From Rhynchobatus australiae (Eukaryota): DNA of 64,000 bases. A program made the position numbers and the translations under genes. Every line of letters starts with the position of its first letter. Position 1 is the stretch's first letter. The DNA lies in assembly GCA_034780895.1 (NCBI GenBank), contig JAUZTB010000078.1:13497214-13561213 (forward strand), read 5' to 3'. Of the stretch, positions 55,101 to 64,000 are shown in pieces. The notes beneath the pieces are model-generated. The model did no database searches, was not told where the DNA came from, and saw only the letters and a program-made list of their open reading frames with translations.

Positions 55101-58100
55101 AAGCACCACAATGCTGGTCATGCACTCAATCATGAACATGAACATGAACACGAACATAACCATGAACATGAACACAAGCCAACTGTTAATCGGGATGATT
55201 ATTGGATTATTGGGCAAAGACGCTTCAGAATAATCGTGCTTAGTAAGTGGTGAATGTACTGGAGGCTATGAAGACCATATAGTTCCACCAATGCTCATTA
55301 AGTTTATTTAGTGAGTCACTGACCATTACAGAGTAGGAAGCTCCTAGGTTTCAAATTAGAGTTAACATTGGGTCCCACCATACACCAATATAAGGCCATA
55401 TACTGGGGCCTCAGGTTCCAAAGAGGAGGAGTTAATAAAAATGTTCTCTCAACATGACTTTACTTGTGCTTTACCATCATCAAGTAAATACAATTACCTT
55501 TGCAGGTAATGTATTGGCTGCAAAGGTAATTGTATTTTTCTCCCGTTGTTGACACCCTCCAAGGCTTTGCTGCTGTAAATCTGAATCCATATTCCAGCAC
55601 AGCTCCCCAGCAAAGACTTGCCTGCTCAGCTTCCACATGTAAATGACTCCACGTTGGTAACTTCCTGTGGAGGGTGGACGAGCCACCTTGCCAGCAGTTC
55701 CCATGACAAAATCTTGACAGTTTGGAAGCATTCCTTAGATCTCCAAGAGAAAATCACCAAACATTACTCCATTATGAAAGATTACACTGGGTGCTAAGGA
55801 GATCTTACCCTTTCCTCCACAATTACAACTTTCATCTGAAATGGCTCTAGTGAACTGGTAAAAATATAATATTGGTAATATTAAAGAACTAATATATAGT
55901 TTACAAGTAAAACATATCCCTTTTAGGCAAAATAGTAAAAATAAAGTTGTCCATCCATGGCTATCAAGAAAAATTAACTATAACATTCGATCAAAGGCTT
56001 GTAATGTTCCCAAAGAAGCAGTTAGTGTGAGGATTAGGAAAAGTTCAGCTTAATTAATGGAGTACCAAGGCATTGATAGGAACAGGGAGGTAGAATATGA
56101 GGATGGGCTAAGGGGAAACACANNNNNNNNNNNNNNNNNNNNNNNNNNNNNNNNNNNNNNNNNNNNNNNNNNNNNNNNNNNNNNNNNNNNNNNNNNNNNN
56201 NNNNNNNNNNNNNNNNNNNNNNATGAGGATGGGCTAAGGGGAAACACAAAAGTGGAATGTAAGACTTTCTTTAGAGATTTTATATAATATTTTGCTTTTT
56301 ATAAAATATTAGTTAAAATTAAAGTGAGTCCTTTACACAAGAGACAGGAGAAATTATACTGGGTATAAAGAAATGTCAGAGAAATTAAACAAATATTTTG
56401 TGCCTATCTTCTTGAAAGAAGAGACAAAAATCCTCCAGAAATAGCAGAGAAAGGTGCCTAGATTGAATGAGGAGTTCAAAGATATTGACATCAGTGAAAG
56501 ATTAATCAGTGAAAGGTTAATATAGAAGAAATTAATGGGATTGAAAAGTAACAAATTTGCAGGATCTGATCACCTGCATCTCAGGGTTTTAAAGAAGGCA
56601 GATATGGAGACGGTGGATGCAGTAGCTGTCATCTTACAAAATTTTGCAACTGCATAATGGTTCACACAGATGGAAAGGTGGCAAATGTAACCCCGCTATT
56701 TAACAATGGAGGAAGAGAGAAAGCTATGAATTATAAGACGGATTAGAACATAGAATAGTGTAGCACGATCAGGCCTCTTGGCCCACGGTGTCTGTACCAA
56801 CAATGATGCCAAATTAAACTAATCCCATCTTTCTACACATGACCTATATCCCTCCATCCTGTGCCTGTTCATGTGCCTGTCTAAATGCCTCTTAAATTTT
56901 GCTATTGTATCTGTTTCTACCACCTCCCATGGCAATGCATTCCAGGCACTGAAACTCTGATCACCTGACCAAGCTCATTTCCTAATACAAGGTCTCATAT
57001 GGCCCCTTCCTCACTGCCTCACTGGATGATCTCTCCAGGATGTCCTCCCTAAGTACAGCTGTGACATTCTCCCTAATCAGTGGTGCAACTCCCCCACCTC
57101 TTTTACTTCCATCTCTATTGTGTCTGAAACATCTAAACCCTGGAACATTGAACTGCAAATCCTGCCCCTCTCTCAGCCAAGGTCTCTGTAATGGTGACAA
57201 TGTTGTCATTCCATGTACTAATCCATGATCTAAGTTCATCTGCCTTACCTGTAAATACAGACATTTCAGCCAATCAGTCCCACCATGCTCATTAACCTGG
57301 CCCTACCTGTCCCTTCTTTCAGACTCATTTGACCTAATCTACCTTCCACTCAATCTCTCTATCTATTAACCTACTGCTCTGGATCCCACCCTCCTGCTTT
57401 GTTAGTTTAAACACTCCTGAGTAGCAGTAGCAAACCTCCCTGCAAGGATATTCGTGCTCCTCCAATTTAGGTGTAACCCATCCTTGTGATCCCATGTGCC
57501 CTGGAAGAGAGCCCAACGATCCATGTACCTGAAACCCTCCCTACTGCACCAGCTCCTTAGCTACGCATTTAACTACTATCTTCCTATTTCTTGCCTCACT
57601 AGCACATGGTGCAGGAAGTAACTTTGAGATTACAACCCTCTGTCCTGTTTATTAACTTTATACCAATCTCCCTAAATTCACTTTGCAGGACTTGATCTCT
57701 CTTCCTGCCTTTGTCATTAGCATCAATGTGAACCACGATCTCCTGGCCGTTCACCCTCCCGTTTAAGATTGTCCTGTGCTTGCTCGGAGACATCCTTGAC
57801 CCTGGCACCAATCTGTACCCCTGATTGCTATTACTATTGCTTGCTTAGTTCTTGACCTACTCTGCTGTACAACAGAGTCAATTTGGTACCAATGATCTGG
57901 TTGCTGCTGTCATTTTCCCTAAGAGGCTATACCTCCAAACAGAATCCAAAACAGTGTACTTGTTAAAGGGGAGGACGGTCACAAAAGACTCCTGTACCAT
58001 CTGCCTGCTTCTCCTGGTGATTACCCATCCATCTGGCTGAATCTTTGGATAGTGTCCTGTCACTGAAACATACAAAATTCTGACAGGGTAGATGCAAGGT

Positions 58101-61100
58101 TAATGTTTCCACAGGCTGGTGTGTTTAGAACCAGGGCTCATAATCTCACAGTAAGGGGTCAGTGATTCAGATTTGAGGGACAAAAAATTTCTCCAACCAG
58201 GGGATGGCGAATTTTTGGATTCTCTGTCCAAGAGAGTGGGTGATGCTCAGTTGCTGAGTAATTCAAGACAGAAATTGATTAACTTTTTAATATTAAGGTA
58301 ATCAAAGAACATGAGGTTCGTGCAGGAAAATGACACTGAGNNNNNNNNNNNNNNNNNNNNNNNNNNNNNNNNNNNNNNNNNNNNNNNNNNNNNNNNNNNN
58401 NNNNNNNNNNNNNNNNNNNNNNNNNNNNNNNNNNNNNNNNACACTGAGGTAAAAGAATACCTGTGACCTTACTGAATGGTGGAGCATGCACAAAGGGCCA
58501 AAAGTCTACTCCTGCTTCTATTTCTTATGTTCTAATATTGTTGTGTAATATGCACCTTTCATTATTAGCAGTAAAAGATTTGGTTGTTTTCAAGCTGGGT
58601 TATTAATGAGTGACAGTAAAGTTGGAGGTCCATAATTTCACAGTGCTTCTACTCCTGTTTTCTTCAAAAAAGTAATCAAACCCGGACATAGTTGGAAGCT
58701 TAAAATTTATCTCCTACTGTATATAAAGAGAGCACACAGTTGCAACAGCATCTCTACTCTCCTGCTGCTAATGGGAAAGGAGATACTCCTATACAAAGAG
58801 AGGTTTGGAATGATGTACCCAGTCCATCAGCATTAGGTGCATTTGTATCTTTTATAAAGCACCATAATTACTGTTGTGCTAACTCTTTTTTCTTCTTTTT
58901 TTAGTTATTTTAGCAGTTCTCGTTGGTTTTGCTATTTTACTGATACTGGCATGGTTCTTTTTACCAAGAAAGCTTATAAAGAAAATGTAAGTTTTATGTT
59001 GTATACACACAAGATGCTGCAAAATATCTTGAATTATTATCTTGAAAATATCTTGTCACTGCTATGACTCTAAAGGAAAGAGGATTTTTTTTCAAATTTT
59101 AATGATTTGTACAAAAGTAGGGATTAGAAGGGATGGTTTAAAAATGTATTCAGTTAAACTAGAAGGGATGGTTTAAGAATGTATTCAATTAAACATGAAG
59201 TGATGCTTAAAGAAAATGAAGGCTTCATGAGCTTTTCTATGCTGCTCATTGCCTACCTATTCTGCAACCATCTTAGCACTGCTCTTCTACATATTTATGC
59301 CTCACACCATGACAGTATTACACAACGTATGGAGAAAACACAATCATGTTGCAGCTTTTTCTGTGATACACATTGAGCACTACTTAGTATTAATAAACAT
59401 CAGAGTCATTGGCTATGCGCACCGAATTTTGGCAATGCTTTTGTCTTTCACAAGGGCTCATTGTATTAATTTTGCTGAGTAAATTTGCAATGATGGGCAA
59501 TTTTCCGAATGTTCGGTAAATTTATGATTCCTTTAAGATAGGCTATAGAGCAAATGCTGGTAAATGGTACTAAAACAAATAGGTACTTGATGGTCAGTGG
59601 AGACATGATGAGTCAAAGGGCCTGCTTCTGTGCTGTATGGCTCTACAACTCTATATGAGCTGTATGGACACTTTCTACAAATGTGAAAAGCAGCTTGATC
59701 ATCTTTGTGAACAAGTTAAATTGATGTTAGTTGAAGTAATACGATGTGGATATAATGGAATGTTGCAAAATGTTCTTGAATACCCAAATAGTGCAAGCCA
59801 TAATACCCTATAATCTTTCCACATAAACTGTTGGTTGAATGCTGANNNNNNNNNNNNNNNNNNNNNNNNNNNNNNNNNNNNNNNNNNNNNNNNNNNNNNN
59901 NNNNNNNNNNNNNNNNNNNNNNNNNNNNNNNNNNNNNNNNNNNNNCCATTCATTACTTAAAATTTTGCAATGTTGTTGCACCTTATCATATCTCTCAGCA
60001 ACCTAGATCTCTTCTTAAGTTGCCTTGCTTCTTTGGTACCATAAGACCATGTATTGGCCCAATCTTTCCAGGAGAAGTCACTCCATGCACATGACAGAAA
60101 CTGAGGACTGATGTTGGCAGACAGCCTGGAATCATCAGCTTGTTTTCCTGTTTGAAAAAGACCATGACCTTGGAATACTTCCTGTTCTTTTGGTAATCAA
60201 GACCTTTGCCTGTTAAACTTCCTTGAATCTTTTGGCCAACAATGCTGAATTTCTGAAAATTCCACATCTATCAAACACTGTGGAAGGAAAATAATGGCCC
60301 ACCACAGATCACTTGAAAAAAAACAATCCTCTTAATCTTTATACTAGTAGTATCCCTGTGATCAGATCACAAAATGCACCTTTACAGATAATGTAGCACT
60401 TGTAGCATAATTGTCCTCCCTTGAGATTGTAGAACAGACATTCAAAGTAGATGTTGTTTGTTGGAGGTTAACAATTGCTTCCACATTGCAAGGTAATGTG
60501 ATATTACTCTCTAACTTGCTTTCAAACCGGAGTACCCAAGAGTCACTTAGATCAGATACCATTTTGTTTCCAATACCTTCTCTATGCTACACTACACAAA
60601 ATGCTGGAGGAACTCAACGGGTCAGACAACATCAATGGAGTGAAATAAACAGTTGACATTTCAGGTCGAGACCCTCCATCAGGACTGGAAAGGAAGAGGG
60701 GAGAAGCCAGAATAAAAAGGTAGGGGGAGGAGCACAAGCTGGCAGGTGATAGGTGAGTCCAGGTGAGAAGGGGAAGGTAGGTGGGTGCAGGAGGGAGGGA
60801 TGAAATAGAATGATATGAGAAGTTGGTAGGTGGAAGAGGCAAAGGGCTGAAGAAGAAGGAATCCGATAGGAGAGGACAGTAGAATATAAAATAAGAGTTG
60901 GGAACCAGAGGGAGGTGATGGGCATGTCATGAGGGCAGGGGAGGGGAAAGAGAAGGGGTGAGAGGGCCATGGGAATGAGGAAAAACAAAGGGGGGGGAGG
61001 AGAAAACAGAGGAGGGTCGTTACTGGAAGTTAGAGAAATCGATGTTGATGCCATCAGTTTGGAGATTACCAAGATGGAATATGAGGTGTTGCGCCTCCAA

Positions 61101-63909
61101 CCTGTGTTTGGCCTCAAAGTGGTAGAAGAGGATGCCGTAGATAGACATGTCAGTATGGGAATGGTAAGTGGAACTGAAGTGGACGGCCACTGGTCCTGAT
61201 CAATGATCCTGGCTGTTGTGGTGAACGGAGCGAAAGTGCTTGATGAAGTCGTCACCCAATCTGCGTTGGGTCTTACCAATGTAGAGGAGGCTGCACTTCA
61301 AGCACCGGTTGCAATAAATGACACTCTCAGGTTTGCAGGTGAAGTGCTGTCTTACCTGGAAGGACTGTCTGGGCCCCTCAATGGTGGTGAAGCCAACTTC
61401 CATCCTGTCCTTAAATGTACTTGGCCATCTTCAACACCTCTCTCCCCTTCCTCGATCTCTCTGTCTCCATCTCTGGAGACAGATTATCCACTGACATCTT
61501 TTACAAACCTACTGACTCCCACAGTCACCATGACTACACCTCTTCCCATCCTATCACTTGTAAGGATGCTATTCCCTTCACTCAGTTTCTCCGCTGCATC
61601 TGTTCTCATGATGAGGCTTTCCATTCCAGGACATCTGATGTGTCCTCTTTTTTTCAGTAAACAGGGTTTTCCTCCCACCACTATCAACACAGCCCTCATC
61701 CACATCTCCTCCATTTCCCCCACATCTGCCCTCACCCCATCCCCTCCCCTGACATAACAGGGATAAGGTTCCTCTTGTCCTCACATACCACCCTAGGAGC
61801 CTCTGCATCCAACACATCATTTTCTGCAACCTCCGCAATTTCCAATGGAATCCCACCACCACTTTCCATAGGGATTACTGTCTCCCAACTCCCTTGTCCA
61901 CTCGTCCCTTCCCACCAATCACACTCTTGGCACTTATCTCTGCAATGGTACAAAGTGTTACACCTGGCCCTACACCTCCTCCCTCACCACCATTAAGGGC
62001 CCCAGACTGTCCTTCCAGGTGAGGCAGCGCTTCACCTGTGAATCTGAGGGTGTCATTTATTGCATCCAATGCTCCCGGTGCAGCCTCCTCTGCATTGGTG
62101 AGATCCAGTGCAGATTGGGTGACCGCTTTGTCGAGCACCTTCGCTCCGACTGCTACAACAGCTAGGATCTCCCGGTGGCCAGCCACTTCAATTCCACTTC
62201 CCATTCGCATACTTACATGTCTATCCACGGACTCTTCTGCTGCCACTTTGAAGCCAGATGCAGGTTTGAGGATCAACACCTCATATTTCTTCTTGGTAGT
62301 CTCTAACCTGATGGCATCAACATCGATTTCTCTAACGTCCGGTAACCACTCCCCTTTGTTTCCCCTCACTCCTGTAGCCCTCTCACCCCTTCTCTTTCCC
62401 CTCCCCTGCCCTCATGATCTGCCCATCACCTCCCTCTGTTTCCCCACCTCNNNNNNNNNNNNNNNNNNNNNNNNNNNNNNNNNNNNNNNNNNNNNNNNNN
62501 NNNNNNNNNNNNNNNNNNNNNNNNNNNNNNNNNNNNNNNNNNNNNNNNNNCCCTCATGATCTGCCCATCACCTCCCTCTGTTTCCCCACCTCCTTTCCTT
62601 ATTCCATGGTCTATTGTCCTCTCCTATTGGATTCCTTCTTCAGCTCTTTGCCTCTTCCTCCTATCACCTCCCTGCTTCTCACATCATTGTCTTTCATCCC
62701 CCCTCCCCCACCCACACCTTTCTGCTCTCACCTAGACTCACCTATCACCTGCCAGCCTGTGCTCCTCCTCCCACCTTTCTATTCTGGCTTCTGTCCTCTT
62801 CCTTTCCATCCTGATTAAGGGTCTTGACCTGAAATGTTGACTGTTTATTTCGCTCCAGTTCCTCCAGCAATTTGTGTGTGTTGCTCCAGATTCCAACATC
62901 TGCAGAATCTCTTGTGTCTTCTCCTTGCTAATCAAAGTTATGAATGGAGTAAGCAGCTATAAATTTAAATTCACACCACTACTGTAGTTACCAGTACTTC
63001 CCAACATCACGCCACTAGACATATGGTGAGATATCACAGTACTTTAAGTACTGGACGATCTTGGTCACTTGCAACTACCAATACACTGTAACATCAAATG
63101 TGCACTTCTAAACTGGCTGGTCCTACAACCCTTTATAGAATCATGCAAAGATATGCCTGTTGGTCCAAAAGGATGTCAGTGATTGCCATGTGCATAGCCT
63201 GCAACGTCATGAACAACACCTATCTGAAGACCCCTTATTGAAATAACTGGATTTAGCCGGCAGGCCATCTCCTTCACAAATGGAAAATGAAAGAATTTCA
63301 CTCCTGCAAATGTGAAAGCACTCCTTACATAACCAGTATCTATCCACTATATGTTTGGACAGGATCCACCAATGCCACATATCAAGCAGATTCTCATGCT
63401 ATAAAATAGGTAAATGTTTTTCCTTTGAACTATGGAATAGATTACAAGCAAAATTCTTGCTTCATTACCTTTAATCGCATAAGTGAAGCTGCTAAAACTG
63501 TTGTAGCAGCAAGATCCTGCCTTGACTAAGAACTGTTCGCTCAATTTGAATTAGGTTAAAACTTACGCCGTTCCTGGTCTGTTCAGCTCAGAGAAAGAAT
63601 TTACCTTTCCAGCAGCAGAGAGAAGCATTCGAATTTATTGGTGCTGCGTTCAGCAATGGAATTTATATGAAACAAAAATTCATAGATTCTGTTACTTTTA
63701 ACTTTGACAGTAGTGAATGAAAACTGATATTCTGGGAAAAAAGTACATTGTGTCCATCATTTTCAAGAATCTTCTTTATTCAGTACTGGCTTAACCTTTA
63801 AATTAGGAATATAATATTATTTATTTTTCCATAGTTTGTAAACTAATTGTACACTGTTCTGTTGACTTTAATTCATATTATATTTCATTTTAGACGTAAC
63901 CGAAAGTGA
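28119..63909 (+). CDS. Uncharacterised ~278-aa single-pass (type I) membrane protein with repeated exon modules and His-rich tract (9 spliced exons)
   Basis: Exons 28119-28176, 35910-36023, 38560-38655, 39529-39627, 41155-41253, 47325-47423, 55069-55242, 58905-58986 and 63894-63909 are all GT-AG and phase-compatible (837 nt, no internal stop). They give signal peptide, ectodomain, TM (IIVLIILAVLVGFAILLILAWFFL) and tail PRKLIKKIRNRK*. Further exons may be hidden in gaps. Confidence 0.8.
28620..30340 (-). mobile_element. Old CR1 LINE fragments in gene 2 intron 1
   Basis: Minus-strand remnants of CR1 RT and 3' end (e.g. IPVLKQVAIKLTDALLIVF). Confidence 0.65.
31780..34325 (-). mobile_element. 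CR1 LINE (RT plus 3'UTR), interrupted by a gap
   Basis: GLVLGPLSPIIYINDLDENIVGMVSKFADDTKIG; LYKTLAKPFLEYCVPFWS...KRVQKRFTR. Confidence 0.9.
35500..35643. mobile_element. Short inverted PLE terminal-repeat insertion with hammerhead-like motif (minus, 35563-35600)
   Basis: The minus strand reads caatc-CTGATGA-a-gggt(ctca)atct-GAAACGTC-aactg, abutting a plus-strand terminal piece. Confidence 0.65.
35910..36023 (+). CDS. Gene 2 exon 2 (AFARLNKWRATHEEDNQRQSVPISMVEQRSGHLRRLHG)
   Basis: Acceptor ttcatttcag, donor gag|gtgaga, 114 bp, phase 1-1. Supplies an A-F-A signal-peptidase-like site. Confidence 0.75.
36416..36580. mobile_element. Fold-back (MITE-like) PLE terminal-repeat insertion with 13-bp target duplication
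   Basis: ~50-bp inverted arms. cacctcaatttaa occurs at both 36403-36415 and 36581-36593. Confidence 0.75.
37580..38165. mobile_element. PLE terminal repeat (minus, 37580-37730) fused to a CR1 3' end (plus, 37735-38165)
   Basis: Hammerhead-like motif at about 37670-37706 on minus, then [33 protein letters not shown] and a CR1 3'UTR. Confidence 0.75.
38560..38655 (+). CDS. Gene 2 exon 3, repeat module 1 (VYSKKVLPFHKGEQHKYSLMPVIRRRRYPNAF)
   Basis: Acceptor ttccttattttag, donor c|gtgagt, 96 bp, phase 1-1. Aligns with exon 4 (HKxxx[ML]PVxxxRxYP). Confidence 0.8.
39529..39627 (+). CDS. Gene 2 exon 4, repeat module 2 (RNKEVIVDEEPTGGHKEYYLPVPPSRLYPHVYQ)
   Basis: Acceptor tcctctag, donor tatcaag|gtgtga, 99 bp, phase 1-1. 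Confidence 0.82.
41155..41253 (+). CDS. Gene 2 exon 5, repeat module 3 (DPVHHSEEEIIRGGHRDVIIPEPEFGVPSQIYQ)
   Basis: Acceptor tttatttttag, donor tatcaag|gtttga, 99 bp, phase 1-1. GGH, PxP and YQ are shared with exon 4. Confidence 0.82.
43730..44020 (-). mobile_element. tRNA-derived SINE
   Basis: tgtctttggaatgtgggaggaaactggagcacccagaggaaacccacacag...aaactcc...ttgaacctggg is the reverse complement of the SINE above. Confidence 0.75.
44786..44830. repeat. 17-bp perfect inverted repeat (extendable hairpin)
   Basis: cattcctgacttccaca-gctcattaaat-tgtggaagtcaggaatg. Confidence 0.9.
47325..47423 (+). CDS. Gene 2 exon 6, repeat module 4 (DSKEDLVWDLDGESRRQFMNKVPHYESFEEMFS)
   Basis: Acceptor tttcatttcag, donor cag|gtgtga, 99 bp, phase 1-1. 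KE and VP are in register with exon 4. Confidence 0.75.
49305..49446. mobile_element. Short inverted PLE terminal-repeat insertion
   Basis: Same architecture as 35500-35643, with a degenerate hammerhead-like motif on minus at about 49363-49400. Confidence 0.65.
50745..52086 (+). mobile_element. Decayed Penelope-like element (RT C-terminal part plus GIY-YIG endonuclease)
   Basis: MGP; FLCYIEDCI (YIDD-like); PFLD; FRVRQRFICISSNLVYCIQCLRCCLLYI; then a pyrimidine-rich tail. Confidence 0.85.
54378..54840 (-). mobile_element. CR1 LINE RT fragment
   Basis: VTSGVLQGAVLGPLLFVIYIN...GKFADNMKI; KWQMEFNLDKCEALHFG. Confidence 0.85.
55069..55242 (+). CDS. Gene 2 exon 7 (His-rich: ...HHNAGHALNHEHEHEHEHNHEHEHK...WIIGQRRFRIIVL)
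   Basis: Acceptor cccttgttttccag, donor a|gtaagt, 174 bp, phase 1-1. Confidence 0.85.
55131..55175 (+). repeat. (CATGAA)n coding microsatellite encoding HEHEHEHEHNHEHEH
   Basis: Hexamer repeat with synonymous CAT/CAC variants. Confidence 0.9.
56050..58535. mobile_element. Nested CR1 elements: plus-strand CR1 (56050-56740, 58070-58535) containing a minus-strand internally deleted CR1 (56745-58065)
   Basis: The inner minus copy has ORF1 esterase-like IVVHIDANDKGRK and endonuclease N-terminus WLREGQDLQFNVPGFRCFRHNRDGSKRGGGVA joined directly to a CR1 3' tail. Confidence 0.75.
58905..58986 (+). CDS. Gene 2 exon 8 (TM helix ILAVLVGFAILLILAWFFL plus basic stop-transfer PRKLIKK)
   Basis: Long polypyrimidine acceptor, donor at|gtaagt, phase 1-2. 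Confidence 0.85.
60590..62917. mobile_element. Penelope-like element with ~800-bp inverted duplication of its 3' part
   Basis: 61392-62917 (+) has PFLDLSV, FYKPTDSH, IPFTQFLR, GIY-YIG and terminal repeat. 60590-61391 (-) repeats the GIY-YIG (VIYCNRCLKCSLLYIGKTQRRL) and terminal repeat. Imperfect 13-bp flanking direct repeat at 60577 and 62918. Confidence 0.88.
62930..63560 (-). mobile_element. Old RTE-like LINE RT remnant (continues at about 59995-60580, split by the PLE)
   Basis: Minus-strand gtcaaggcaggatcttgctgctacaacagttttagc resembles GV(K/R)QGCVLAPTxF. A KxGxxxxPxxYRPIS-like remnant lies near 60100-60160. Confidence 0.45.
63894..63909 (+). CDS. Gene 2 exon 9 coding part (IRNRK*); exon runs to the donor at 63923
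   Basis: Acceptor tatttcattttag, TGA at 63907-63909, donor gag|gtgagt at 63923/63924. Confidence 0.65.
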
Positions 63910-64000
63910 CATTGTAAAGTGAGGTGAGTGATGTGCATCACAGAGATATTTGTAAAAGTGATACTAGGTTCTGCTTCCTCCCAATTCTCACCTTTGTATT

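Noticed and set aside
59125-59194. 35-bp tandem duplication (and similar small ones at about 4630, 14442 and 41269)
   Set aside because: Ordinary slippage duplications in introns or repeats with no sign of function.
60632-62559. ORFs of 160-215 aa on both strands
   Set aside because: Alternate-frame or antisense readings of the frameshifted Penelope-like element, not host genes.
8054-62600. Direct repeats flanking ~100-N gaps (8054/8170, 10536/10666, 56097/56223, 58313/58441, 62410/62551)
   Set aside because: Identical sequence on both sides of fixed-size gaps indicates unmerged contig overlaps, not biological duplications or TSDs.
2521-62917. Recurrent ~40-130-bp motif considered as a CRISPR-like array
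   Set aside because: It is dispersed, occurs in both orientations in a vertebrate context and is attached to GIY-YIG retroelements, so these are PLE termini.

Overview
Eukaryotic, AT-rich vertebrate DNA from a gapped draft scaffold. The CR1/L2, RTE, Rex1/Babar, Penelope-like and tRNA-SINE repeat mix suggests a cartilaginous fish (inference). The ORF track is mostly uninformative because the genes are spliced. Reading splice signals by hand gives two + strand genes. (1) A SOUL/heme-binding protein 2-like gene (TATA at 3907; coding exons 4017-4018, 7852-7908, 10375-10453, 11179-11299, 16897-17036, 17950-18113; last exon probably in an N gap). It has a signal peptide and an ATG split by intron 1. 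(2) A 9-exon gene from a CpG-island/triple-CCAAT promoter (ATG 28119, stop 63907-63909) for an ~278-aa type I membrane protein I do not recognise. It has a signal peptide, four tandemly duplicated 32-33-aa exon modules, an (HE)n His-rich juxtamembrane tract, one TM helix and a short basic tail. The window also holds many Penelope-like element (GIY-YIG) remnants whose termini carry decayed minimal hammerhead-ribozyme motifs, in tandem and inverted arrangements, plus two isolated near-perfect hairpins.
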